48,949 nt of DNA, taken from contig JBATMM010000597.1 of NCBI GenBank assembly GCA_049289835.1, forward strand, positions 1 through 48,949. The letters run 5' to 3'. Below are positions 11,684 through 20,415 of the stretch, piece by piece. A program made the position numbers and the translations under genes. The DNA comes from Saprospiraceae bacterium. GTDB taxonomy: Bacteria > Bacteroidota > Bacteroidia > Chitinophagales > Saprospiraceae. How positions within the stretch are numbered: position 1 is the first letter of the stretch; the number at the start of each line of letters is the position of its first letter. The notes under the pieces were generated by a model. The model was not told the DNA's origin. It saw only the letters and a program-made list of their open reading frames with translations, and searched no databases.

Positions 11684-13576
11684 ATGTTCTGGATGAATAC
11701 TGCGCTACGAATTTTTACATTAATTGTTCTCGTCACTCTGGTCTCTTCAGTCACCCTGAAAGCTCAAATCAGAGATTTAGGACAGAATGCGTTAGGTTCC
11801 TCCGAGATAAAAGACACCCTTGATTCCGGAACACTGCCTCTAGATACACCTGTGGTTATGAAATATGTGTTGATGGGTGATCCGGATGCTAACTATTCCA
11901 TTAAGGATACATTTACATGGGAGGATACGAGACATAGTCCATTGCGTTTTGATCAGGCCCACCTTGGCAATTTAGGTTCCGCAAGCCGCTCATTAGCTCC
12001 TTCATTATCTACTAAAATCGGATTTTCTACCGGATGGGACCAGTATGATCCTTATTATTTACAAGTTGATAGCTTTAAATATTATAGCCAGGATGTACCA
12101 GTTACAAAAGTGAAGTATTCACAAGCTGGTCAGGAGGATACTTATGTATCACTCAGTTTTGGGAGGAGTTTTGCAAAAGGCGTCAATTTGAGTATGTCAT
12201 ATGATCGCATCAATCAAATCGGTGAATTCGCTCATCAGCGTCAGAAGAATACAGCTTTTGGCGTAGGTGTGTGGTACAATGCACCATCAGGGAAATATGA
12301 TGCATTCTACAATTATCTTTCGAATGCCGCCATCAGCGAAGAAAATGGTGGAATTTCAGAACCGGATTTAATCGGAAGTCAGGTGGTACCAAATCTAAAG
12401 GTTCCCGTTTACCTTTTAAATGGTTTGACAACGCATAAGCATAGAAGTTTTGATACAAAGCAAATATTTCATCTTATTAAGGATTCTTCATCACCAGGTT
12501 TTGATCTTTGGATGAATACGAATTTTTCAACCGGCCTTTACAAATTTGCAGATGTTCCTCTTGATACTTCGTCTGCTTACTTTGGCTCTGAATACCGTTT
12601 TGATCAGAGAGGTATAAGGCAATTTACATTTGAAAAAGATTTTGAAATGAGTGCCGGAATTTCATTGCCGTGGACATCTGCAAGGTCAATGATTCAATCC
12701 TCATTTCGTTACCGGTTTATTTCACTTGATCAGGAACCACAGGACAGAAAAATAAGGGAACTTTTCTGGGAAGCTTCGGGAGATTTTCATTGGATAAAAG
12801 CTTTGGAATTAAAAGGAGTGATGTCACTTGGCGTTGGACAAGCCAGTGGTTCATATTTATTTAAAGCAGAAGGAATATTAAATACAGGGCTGGTTGGCAA
12901 ATTTTTGGGATACTGGTCTATCATGGGTCGAAGGCCTTATATGATCGAATCAATATTCTTCGTCAATCAAACACCTATTTATCAATATCATTTTAATAAC
13001 CCGTTTACTAACGATGTTGGTGTAGAATGGAATTGGGAAAAGCAAAAACTAAAGGCTGGAATCAACTGGCTTGTTTTTGACAACTATATTTTTTTTGATA
13101 CACTGAGACATCCTGCACAGATTACAAATTCTTTTTCATTGCGCCGCTTCACTATTAATAAAGAATTCGATTTCTCCTGGATAGGATTGAAAGCAAATGT
13201 TATATGGCAACCTGATACAAGAGAAGAGCTGGCCATTCCTGATCTAATTTACGCTGCGGGTTTTTACGGGAGACTTAATCTGTTCTCACATAAGGTGATA
13301 CTCATGCCCGGCATTGATGTCACATATCATAATGGATATCATGGGATAAGTTATTTTCCAGTCAACGGCAGATATCACCTTACCAATGGCTTGCCTATTC
13401 CGGATTACTTCAGAATGGATGCGGTGATAGGTATGAAAATACGGTTCCTTAAAGCTTTTGTAAGGATGGAGGACCTTGCAGGATTGTGGAAATCAAGGGT
13501 TCTTTACCAGGCCGATTATTATCCGCACTATCCTGGTTATTTCAGAATCGGAATTGAGGCTGGGTTTTTTAATTAA
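11684..13576 (+). CDS. outer-membrane beta-barrel protein (putative-porin-like), function unknown
   Basis: About 630 aa with a signal peptide (..LIVLVTLVSSVTLKAQ), alternating aromatic/Gly beta-strand patterns throughout and a C-terminal ..IGIEAGFFN. The track start is TTG at 11675. ATG 11684 or ATG 11693 is more likely. Confidence 0.6.
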   Translation: MFWMNTALRIFTLIVLVTLVSSVTLKAQIRDLGQNALGSSEIKDTLDSGTLPLDTPVVMKYVLMGDPDANYSIKDTFTWEDTRHSPLRFDQAHLGNLGSASRSLAPSLSTKIGFSTGWDQYDPYYLQVDSFKYYSQDVPVTKVKYSQAGQEDTYVSLSFGRSFAKGVNLSMSYDRINQIGEFAHQRQKNTAFGVGVWYNAPSGKYDAFYNYLSNAAISEENGGISEPDLIGSQVVPNLKVPVYLLNGLTTHKHRSFDTKQIFHLIKDSSSPGFDLWMNTNFSTGLYKFADVPLDTSSAYFGSEYRFDQRGIRQFTFEKDFEMSAGISLPWTSARSMIQSSFRYRFISLDQEPQDRKIRELFWEASGDFHWIKALELKGVMSLGVGQASGSYLFKAEGILNTGLVGKFLGYWSIMGRRPYMIESIFFVNQTPIYQYHFNNPFTNDVGVEWNWEKQKLKAGINWLVFDNYIFFDTLRHPAQITNSFSLRRFTINKEFDFSWIGLKANVIWQPDTREELAIPDLIYAAGFYGRLNLFSHKVILMPGIDVTYHNGYHGISYFPVNGRYHLTNGLPIPDYFRMDAVIGMKIRFLKAFVRMEDLAGLWKSRVLYQADYYPHYPGYFRIGIEAGFFN

Positions 13577-13684
13577 ATTTTATACGTGTTTTTTCAATGA
13601 TTGATTTGCAAAATTGAATCCTTTCAGCATATTTTAAAAATATCATTTAAAAACTACGTAATTTAACACGCATAAATCCTTGTT

Positions 13685-14206
13685 ATGAAAAATTTATCCT
13701 TTTCACTCTTCACAATAATATTTGTCCTCTTTATAGCTGTTCCGTCATGGGCTCAAGGGGATAAAACTTTACGTCCAAGTCCACCGGCAGAAGTTTCCGC
13801 CATGATCGACAGTGTTAAGGTGATCATTAATTATTCCTCTCCTTCGGTTAAGGGCAGGAAAATATGGGATGGCCTGGTGCCCTATAATCAGGTCTGGAGA
13901 ACCGGCGCCAATGAAGCCACAGTATTTGAAACTAATAAAGATCTGATGATCAATAAACAAAAATTACCAGCCGGGAAATATGGCTTATTTACCATTCCGG
14001 GAGAAAAGGAATGGACTTTCATTTTTAATTCTGTCTGGGATCAATGGGGTGCCTTCAAATATGACTCCGGTAAGGATGTACTACGAATAACAGCACCTTC
14101 AGATCATTCATCTGAGTTTCACGAACGCATGATCTTTGACATCAAAGGACATAGTGTTATTCTTGCATGGGAAAATATAATGGTAAAATTTGATGCTAAG
14201 GAATAA
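13685..14206 (+). CDS. DUF2911 domain-containing secreted protein
   Basis: 173 aa with a signal peptide (..AVPSWAQG). DUF2911 blocks are present: INYSSPSVKGRKIWDGLVPYNQVWRTGANEAT and LPAGKYGLFTIPGEKEW. Confidence 0.85.
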   Translation: MKNLSFSLFTIIFVLFIAVPSWAQGDKTLRPSPPAEVSAMIDSVKVIINYSSPSVKGRKIWDGLVPYNQVWRTGANEATVFETNKDLMINKQKLPAGKYGLFTIPGEKEWTFIFNSVWDQWGAFKYDSGKDVLRITAPSDHSSEFHERMIFDIKGHSVILAWENIMVKFDAKE

Positions 14207-14287
14207 GCTTAATTGAGTATGTCGTCCTATAAATTACATAGAACCATTATCATTTACAGATCTGCCCCTATTTTATCCGGCATCAAA

Positions 14288-15007
14288 TTATAAAGTATAA
14301 TTAGGGATAAGCTGATGTCCCCGTTCAGCATAAAAATTATTTATATAATGCACGATTTCGTCCGGGTCGTCCATGATAGGCATAAGATCCAGGTCCTCCG
14401 GATTTAAATTATGTTCTTTTTCAAGCATGACCTGTATGATCCAGTCTTTTAGTCCTGACCAGAAAGAACTTCCTACCATGATAACAGGGACCTGAGTTAT
14501 TTTTTTAGTTTGTATCAGAGTCAGCACTTCAAAGAGTTCATCCATTGTTCCAAAACCACCAGGTAACACCACAAATGCCTGGGCATATTTTACAAACATT
14601 ACTTTACGTACAAAAAAATATCTGTGACTTAAATTCTTGTCATCATCAATGTACACATTGTGCGATTGTTCAAATGGCAAGTCAATATTCAACCCAACAG
14701 AAACGCCTCCTTGCAGACTTGCTCCTTTATTGGCTGCTTCCATGATGCCCGGACCGCCTCCTGTGATAATACCATAACCTGCGTCAGTTAGTTTTTGTGC
14801 GATTTTGACTGCCGTCTGATAATGCAGATTATCAGGTTTTGTACGTGCACTCCCAAAAATAGAAATACAGGGACCTATCCTGTTTAGTGACTCAAATCCA
14901 TCCACAAATTCAGCTATTACCTTGAACATTGTCCAGGCATTTTCACCTTTGATCTGGGTCCACTGCTTCATCAAACGGGCAGGTGGAGGAGTTAATCCTT
15001 CGGCCAT
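14288..15007 (-). CDS. LOG-family / TIGR00730 Rossmann-fold nucleotide-binding protein
   Basis: 239 aa with ISIFGSART.., GIITGGGPGIMEAANKGA and the hallmark PGGFGTMDELFE. Confidence 0.87.
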   Translation of the reverse strand: MAEGLTPPPARLMKQWTQIKGENAWTMFKVIAEFVDGFESLNRIGPCISIFGSARTKPDNLHYQTAVKIAQKLTDAGYGIITGGGPGIMEAANKGASLQGGVSVGLNIDLPFEQSHNVYIDDDKNLSHRYFFVRKVMFVKYAQAFVVLPGGFGTMDELFEVLTLIQTKKITQVPVIMVGSSFWSGLKDWIIQVMLEKEHNLNPEDLDLMPIMDDPDEIVHYINNFYAERGHQLIPNYTL

Positions 15008-15068
15008 AGATTTTACTTTTTGTTAAATAATATTACCTCGTTATTTTATAGACTGAACTTGTGGTGCA

Positions 15069-16349
15069 TTAGTCCATTGAGGATTGATAATTAGCGAATT
15101 CCTGTTCAATATATTTTTGAAGATCCCGCAGATCACTAAATCTTGATAATACATCTTTCATTTCCAAAATTGAAGGCGTAGTGGGGAGCACAAATCTGTC
15201 AATGTCCTGCGCAGAAATTGATTTTCCACCTAATATAATCAATCGTTCCACAACGTTCTTCAATTCCCTGATATTACCTGTCCATGGAAGTGATTGAAGT
15301 TTTTTTATCGCTTTAGCATCAAAAGATTTTTCAGGAATACCATAATCTTTGCAAATCTCATTGCAAAAATGCTGGATAAGTTGAGGAATGTCATCTATGC
15401 GATCCTTCAATGGAGGAACATCGATAATGATGACTGCTAATCTATGATAGAGATCTTCTCTGAAGCGTCCTGTATCAATTAGTTTTCGGAGATCTTTATT
15501 CGAAGCAGCTATTACCCGAACATCCACACGGATTTGTTTTTCACCTCCTACACGAACGATTTTATTTTCCTGCAAAGCCCTGAGTACCTTTGCTTGTGCG
15601 GAGAGGCTCATATCCCCGATCTCATCCAGAAATATTGTTCCGCCATTTGCCAATTCAAATTTTCCTGTGCGTGTCTTGATAGCTGAAGTAAAAGCACCTT
15701 TCTCATGTCCGAACAATTCACTTTCAATGAGCTCAGATGGGATAGCTGCACAATTCACTTCAATCAACGGATGATCACAGCGATTGCTTTTTTGATGGAT
15801 CCAGTGCGCTACAAGTTCCTTCCCCGTTCCATTTTGACCTGTAATCAGCACTCTGGCTTCTGTAGGCGCTACCAGCTCAATAGTAGACATGATTTGATTG
15901 ATGCATTTTGACTGGCCGATAATGGGCTGGAACCTTGTATTTGAAACTTTGCCCTGCAGCACTTTACGTTCAGAAATGAGTTCAGATTTCTCCATAGCAT
16001 TTCGGAGTGTGATCAGAAGCCTGTTCAGATCTGGTGGTTTTGAAATGAAATCAAAAGCACCTTTTTTAACGGCTTCTACTGCGGTATCGATAGAAGCATG
16101 CCCGGATATCATCACCACAGGTGTCTCCCGCGCCAATTCCTGAATCTTGTCCAGAGCATCCATCCCATCCATTTTTGGCATTTTAATGTCAAGAATGATC
16201 ACATCATAAGCATTCTGTTTTACTTTGACCAGGCATTCCATCCCGTCAGCAGCTTCATCTACTTCATATTTTTCGAATTCAAGTATATCTCTGAGTGTGT
16301 GTCGTATACTGCGTTCGTCGTCGACGATAAGGACTTTTGACATGATCAT
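15069..16349 (-). CDS. sigma-54-dependent response regulator (REC + AAA+ activator, no recognisable C-terminal HTH)
   Basis: REC domain (KVLIVDDE.., ILDIKMPKMDG). AAA+ Walker A (GQNGTGKE), Walker B (GGTIFLDEIG), a GAFTSA loop at 15681-15698 and sensor II (GNIRELKNVVER). The protein ends about 45 aa later with no Fis-type HTH. ATG 16343 (MSKVLIV) is an alternative start. Confidence 0.9.
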   Translation of the reverse strand: MIMSKVLIVDDERSIRHTLRDILEFEKYEVDEAADGMECLVKVKQNAYDVIILDIKMPKMDGMDALDKIQELARETPVVMISGHASIDTAVEAVKKGAFDFISKPPDLNRLLITLRNAMEKSELISERKVLQGKVSNTRFQPIIGQSKCINQIMSTIELVAPTEARVLITGQNGTGKELVAHWIHQKSNRCDHPLIEVNCAAIPSELIESELFGHEKGAFTSAIKTRTGKFELANGGTIFLDEIGDMSLSAQAKVLRALQENKIVRVGGEKQIRVDVRVIAASNKDLRKLIDTGRFREDLYHRLAVIIIDVPPLKDRIDDIPQLIQHFCNEICKDYGIPEKSFDAKAIKKLQSLPWTGNIRELKNVVERLIILGGKSISAQDIDRFVLPTTPSILEMKDVLSRFSDLRDLQKYIEQEFANYQSSMD

Positions 16350-16388
16350 AGTTGTTTATGTTACAAAGTTGATATTACAATATTTAAT

Positions 16389-16396
16389 CAAAAATA
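16389..16396 (-). promoter_or_regulatory. -7 box (TATTTTTG) upstream of the response-regulator gene
   Basis: The reverse complement of caaaaata matches TAnnTTTG, 39 nt upstream of ATG 16349. Confidence 0.4.
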
Positions 16397-16577
16397 GAAC
16401 ATTGATTACAAATAGTTTATACTTTATAAAAAATAATATATATTAAATATAACACATTATTAATGAGCTAACTATACATATAAACATTGTGTCTCAGCAT
16501 GATTGACATCTGAGCATCTCAGAAATAAGGAATGGAAGTTTGATAAAATCAATATGCCGCACGAAAAGGAATGACTT

Positions 16578-17777
16578 TTAACCTCTGGAAAGGTTAGTCA
16601 AAGTCATATAGGCCATCAGGCCCATACCTGTCTCAAGAGATGACTCATCAATATTGAATCTGTTGGAATGAACTGGATAATTGAGTTTATCATCCGCCCA
16701 GCCTGTCCCCAGTCTGTAAAATGTAGCCGGGACTTCAAGGGCATAAAATGCAAAGTCCTCTGAGCTCATCCGACGAGGTAGTTCATGTACTTTATCTTTC
16801 CCGAGGAAGCGAATAGCAGCATCCTGACACATGCTTGTAACCTGATCATTATTCTTGAGGCTGGGATAGCCAATGATGATATTGGTCTCAGCAGTCGCTC
16901 CGGATGCCTTGCAGGTATAATCTACTAAATCCCTGATCAATTGATGAGCATGCATCCTCCATGTTTCATCCATGGCTCTTAATGTTCCTTCAAGTTGTAC
17001 GGTATCAGGAATGATATTCGTAGCCCCACCATTCGAATACATGCGTCCAATGGTCAAAACGGCAGGCGATAAAGGATCAATATGTCTACTTACCAATTCT
17101 TGTAATCCGACTACCAATCTGGAGGCAATCAAAATAGGATCAATACAAAGATGCGGAGTGGCTGCATGCCCACCCTTTCCTTTGATGGTAATGTAGATCT
17201 CATCTGATGAAGCCATATATAGGCCATTTCTGAATCCAACATGTCCTGCAGGCAGGGAAGGGTAGACATGCTGACCAATGATCCATTCCGGAGATACAGG
17301 CTCCATCAGACCTTCACGTATCATCATGGAAGCACCGCCGGGCAGTTTTTCTTCGCCGGGTTGAAAAATAAGTTTCACCTCACCATTCAGGAGTTCTCTG
17401 TTTTGTTGTAAAATAGCAGCAACCCCTAATAAAGAACTTGTGTGTACATCATGTCCACAGGCATGCATGACACCATCATAAACAGAACGATAGGGTATAT
17501 CATTTTCTTCCTGAATAGGCAATGCATCCATGTCAGCACGTAACATAACTATGGGCCCGTCATGATGTCCTTTGACACAAGCCACAATTCCATATCCGGC
17601 CCAGCCTTCACTAAATGGAATGTCTAATTGTGACAGAAATTCTTTAACCCGCAGTGAAGTTCGTGATTCTTTAAATGAAAGTTCAGGATGTGAATGCAGG
17701 TCTCTTCTGATTTCCACAACAGAAGGAAAGAAATGGCTCGAAGCATCTTTGATGACTGAAATAATATCCTTATCCAT
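16578..17777 (-). CDS. M20D-family amidohydrolase (N-acyl-amino-acid amidohydrolase / hippuricase-like)
   Basis: 399 aa with RRDLHSHPELSFKE, RADMDALPI, MHACGHDVH, IFQPGEE and GKGGHAATPH. Its start overlaps the upstream gene stop by 8 nt. Confidence 0.88.
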   Translation of the reverse strand: MDKDIISVIKDASSHFFPSVVEIRRDLHSHPELSFKESRTSLRVKEFLSQLDIPFSEGWAGYGIVACVKGHHDGPIVMLRADMDALPIQEENDIPYRSVYDGVMHACGHDVHTSSLLGVAAILQQNRELLNGEVKLIFQPGEEKLPGGASMMIREGLMEPVSPEWIIGQHVYPSLPAGHVGFRNGLYMASSDEIYITIKGKGGHAATPHLCIDPILIASRLVVGLQELVSRHIDPLSPAVLTIGRMYSNGGATNIIPDTVQLEGTLRAMDETWRMHAHQLIRDLVDYTCKASGATAETNIIIGYPSLKNNDQVTSMCQDAAIRFLGKDKVHELPRRMSSEDFAFYALEVPATFYRLGTGWADDKLNYPVHSNRFNIDESSLETGMGLMAYMTLTNLSRG

Positions 17778-19737
17778 AGTTTAGTGGTGTTTGGCCGATT
17801 TTTTTCCATTGTGATAACAAAATAGATAAGTCGGTAGTCCAATGATAATCCCTTGCATAAACATAGTGAATGTGTTCGAGCCGATGTTGTATCACGCCTT
17901 GATCGTCCGGGTACACAGGACTCAGGATTCCCGGCGTAAGAGGAGGTAAAGTTGATCTAAACTGATCAGCAGGATGATACGATATCCAGGTTCTTTTTCC
18001 TGTGAGCACACGAAAAAGATTTGGAAAAAATGAATTTTTATTTTGAACAAGTAAAATTAAAAACGGCGAACTGATCAGAAATAATAAGGAAACAAGAAAA
18101 TCAAAAATACGTTTTGCACGTAATGATGCCGGATGAGAAAGATTAAAATGAACACGGATAGCGTAAGATTCACCTTCCGTATCCCGATTCATGCTGCCTA
18201 CAATATTCATAGTCGTTGATGCAGCTAACATATACCGTAAGCCTGGACCAAGGTGAGTCATACTGTCTGTGAACTTTGAAAAAGGTACATCCTGAGCCGA
18301 GAAGATAATTTCACTCACTTTATGCACCCTGATGATATCATCTAATTTTGAAAGTTGTCCCAACGAATCTGTTTGCACATTCAGATTATTGTCAAAGGGC
18401 GATACGGTACCAACTATCTCTATATGATCGCGTGATCGGTTAATTAGTTCTTTTATCCTTTTCGTTTCATCAGGGCCTGCGACAATGAGCGCTTTCCGCG
18501 ACATTCGGTGATTTTCATTTTTCAGAGCAGATTTCCATGGATTCAACTTTTTCCTCGTCATCCACATCAATAATAAATACAGGACAAGGCCCATAAATAT
18601 AACCATCCTTGATGTCCTTAAATCTGCAGGCAAAAATGCATATATCACCAGGATGACAAGTGCAGACCATCCATATCCGACCCACGATGAATGGTATCTG
18701 AGGGGCTTGTCATAAGCGCCATTTAAAAACATGACTAGTGATCCGATAAGTGTATACAGTGGAATATTAAAAAAATAAAAAGAGGGTTGGAAATATCCTG
18801 GTTGATTAAAATAATATCGTTCCCACAATTTACTTATGACGTAAAAGGATGTATAAAATAATATAATGTCAAGCATCACAGGCCACCATTTTTCTGCAGC
18901 GCCTTTGATCAATCGCGTAAGACCGTGAAAGTAAATAGCAAGCTTAATAAGTTGTTTTTGACCTTTGAATTCAGGGTGTTTCTTAGTGAAAATAAGCATC
19001 GCCTGATAAAAAGTAAGTATGTAATTTAAAGAGGATTTGCTTGTTGATTCTCCTTTGTAATGAATAATACTTGTCGTTGGTAAATAATAAATACCATAAC
19101 CTCCTTTTGTTATCCTATAGGATAGATCGATGTCCTCACCATACATAAAGTAGTCTTCATCCAGAAATCCGATTTTGTCCAATGTCTTTTTTCGCATGAA
19201 CATAAAGGCGCCTGTCAGAACCTCAATCTTAGCAATTTCATGTTCACCTATCTGGCCTTCATAATAACTATTAAGCTTAGCGGAACGAGGAAAGAGTTTG
19301 TACAAACCAGACATTTTCATAAATGAGGCCAATAGGGTAGGTAGTCCTCTTTTCGATTCAGGCAGAAATCTTCCACTGCCATCGAGCATTCGCACACCTA
19401 CAGCACCTGCATCAGGATGTTGATCCATGAAACTAAGGCATATCGTAAACGTATCTTCCGATACTATGGTGTCAGGATTTAGAAGAACAACATATTCTGT
19501 ATTACTGATAGCCAGTGCCTGGTTATTAGCTTTAGCAAATCCTTTATTATCACTATTGGCAATAAGTCGAACATTTGGAAAATGTTCGTGGACTAATTGT
19601 GGTGTCCTGTCGACAGAGGAATTATCAACGACTATAATTTCACCCTCTATATCTTTCATCGCCTGCTGGACAGAGCGGAGACAGTTATCTAAAAAGGGAT
19701 ACACATTGTAACTGACGATTATAACGGAAAGTCTCAA
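17770..19737 (-). CDS. family-2 glycosyltransferase fused to a TM/Rossmann/truncated polyprenyl-phosphate sugar-transferase-like module
   Basis: 655 aa. GT2 occupies about residues 1-250 (LSVIIVSYNV.., VVDNSSVDRT, LLNPDT, YGEDIDLSYR). It is followed by about 4-5 TM helices and a Rossmann-like stretch (KALIVAGPDETKRIKEL..IEIVGTV). The last part is a Bac_transf-like start (AKRIFDFLVSLLFLISSPFLILLV) with only about 90 aa after it. Confidence 0.8.
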   Translation of the reverse strand: MRLSVIIVSYNVYPFLDNCLRSVQQAMKDIEGEIIVVDNSSVDRTPQLVHEHFPNVRLIANSDNKGFAKANNQALAISNTEYVVLLNPDTIVSEDTFTICLSFMDQHPDAGAVGVRMLDGSGRFLPESKRGLPTLLASFMKMSGLYKLFPRSAKLNSYYEGQIGEHEIAKIEVLTGAFMFMRKKTLDKIGFLDEDYFMYGEDIDLSYRITKGGYGIYYLPTTSIIHYKGESTSKSSLNYILTFYQAMLIFTKKHPEFKGQKQLIKLAIYFHGLTRLIKGAAEKWWPVMLDIILFYTSFYVISKLWERYYFNQPGYFQPSFYFFNIPLYTLIGSLVMFLNGAYDKPLRYHSSWVGYGWSALVILVIYAFLPADLRTSRMVIFMGLVLYLLLMWMTRKKLNPWKSALKNENHRMSRKALIVAGPDETKRIKELINRSRDHIEIVGTVSPFDNNLNVQTDSLGQLSKLDDIIRVHKVSEIIFSAQDVPFSKFTDSMTHLGPGLRYMLAASTTMNIVGSMNRDTEGESYAIRVHFNLSHPASLRAKRIFDFLVSLLFLISSPFLILLVQNKNSFFPNLFRVLTGKRTWISYHPADQFRSTLPPLTPGILSPVYPDDQGVIQHRLEHIHYVYARDYHWTTDLSILLSQWKKIGQTPLNYG

Positions 19738-19749
19738 CAGTATTCGATG

Positions 19750-20370
19750 TTATGCACTTTCAGTCAATTCAATATTCGTTCTGGCTACGATCGAACGTCC
19801 CAGAGTGACGCCATCAGCATATTCCAGTTCACCACCGAAAGCGACGCCTCTGGCAATAATACTGATCTGAACAGGATGGTTTTTAAGGAGTTTGGTCAAA
19901 TAGAAAATTGTCGTTTCACCTTCTATAGTCGGGCTGATCGCCATGATCAATTCAGATATGCCTTGATTTTGAATTCTGTCAAGAAGGCTTTCAATAGTAA
20001 GATCTTGAGGGCCAACACCATCGATCGGAGAGATAATTCCACCAAGTACGTGGTATAGTCCATGGTATTGGCCAGTATCTTCAATGGCCATAACATCACG
20101 TTCCGATTCAACTACACAAATGATATTTTTTTGTCTTGACCGGTCCTCACATATGCTACACGTATCTGTATCGGCAAGATTATGACATGTTTTGCAATTC
20201 TGAATATTCTGTTTTATTCCTTCTAAACCCACCATTAACTCAGGTAGTAGAGTAGACTTGTTCTTTAACAGAAATAATGCAATACGCAATGCGCTTTTAC
20301 GGCCTATGCCTGGCAATTGTCCGATAGTGCGAATTGCATACTCAAGATGTCGTGAAGAATATTGTGCCAT
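19750..20370 (-). CDS. recR: recombination protein RecR
   Basis: HhH (LPGIGRKSALR), C4 zinc finger (CKTCHNL..CSICED) and a Toprim domain. The start is set at ATG 20370 (MAQYSS..) because a -7 box lies inside the longer track ORF. Confidence 0.93.
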   Translation of the reverse strand: MAQYSSRHLEYAIRTIGQLPGIGRKSALRIALFLLKNKSTLLPELMVGLEGIKQNIQNCKTCHNLADTDTCSICEDRSRQKNIICVVESERDVMAIEDTGQYHGLYHVLGGIISPIDGVGPQDLTIESLLDRIQNQGISELIMAISPTIEGETTIFYLTKLLKNHPVQISIIARGVAFGGELEYADGVTLGRSIVARTNIELTESA

Positions 20371-20376
20371 ATAATT

Positions 20377-20384
20377 CAAAATTA
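20377..20384 (-). promoter_or_regulatory. -7 box (TAATTTTG) 6 nt upstream of the recR ATG
   Basis: The reverse complement of caaaatta matches TAnnTTTG. The arrangement is TAATTTTG-aattat-ATG. Confidence 0.45.
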
Positions 20385-20415
20385 GAGAAAAAGCCAATTC
20401 TATGTCCGGATATAT

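Noticed and set aside
14288-15007. A LOG/SLOG-fold protein considered as a nucleotide-signalling conflict-system component.
   Set aside because: It has the canonical housekeeping TIGR00730/LOG motif PGGFGTMDELFE and typical length. There are no adjacent effector, cyclase or TIR-like genes.
15705-16446. Four plus-strand ORFs (15705-15911, 15898-16143, 16098-16340, 16225-16446) opposite the response-regulator gene.
   Set aside because: They are antisense to a well-supported REC-AAA+ gene and to its AT-rich promoter region. The peptides are hydrophobic and low-complexity, typical of the reverse frames of coding DNA.
19747-20058. 103-aa plus-strand ORF opposite recR, and 94-aa ORF 19427-19711 opposite the GT2 gene.
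   Set aside because: They are antisense to confidently assigned genes and show no recognisable motifs.
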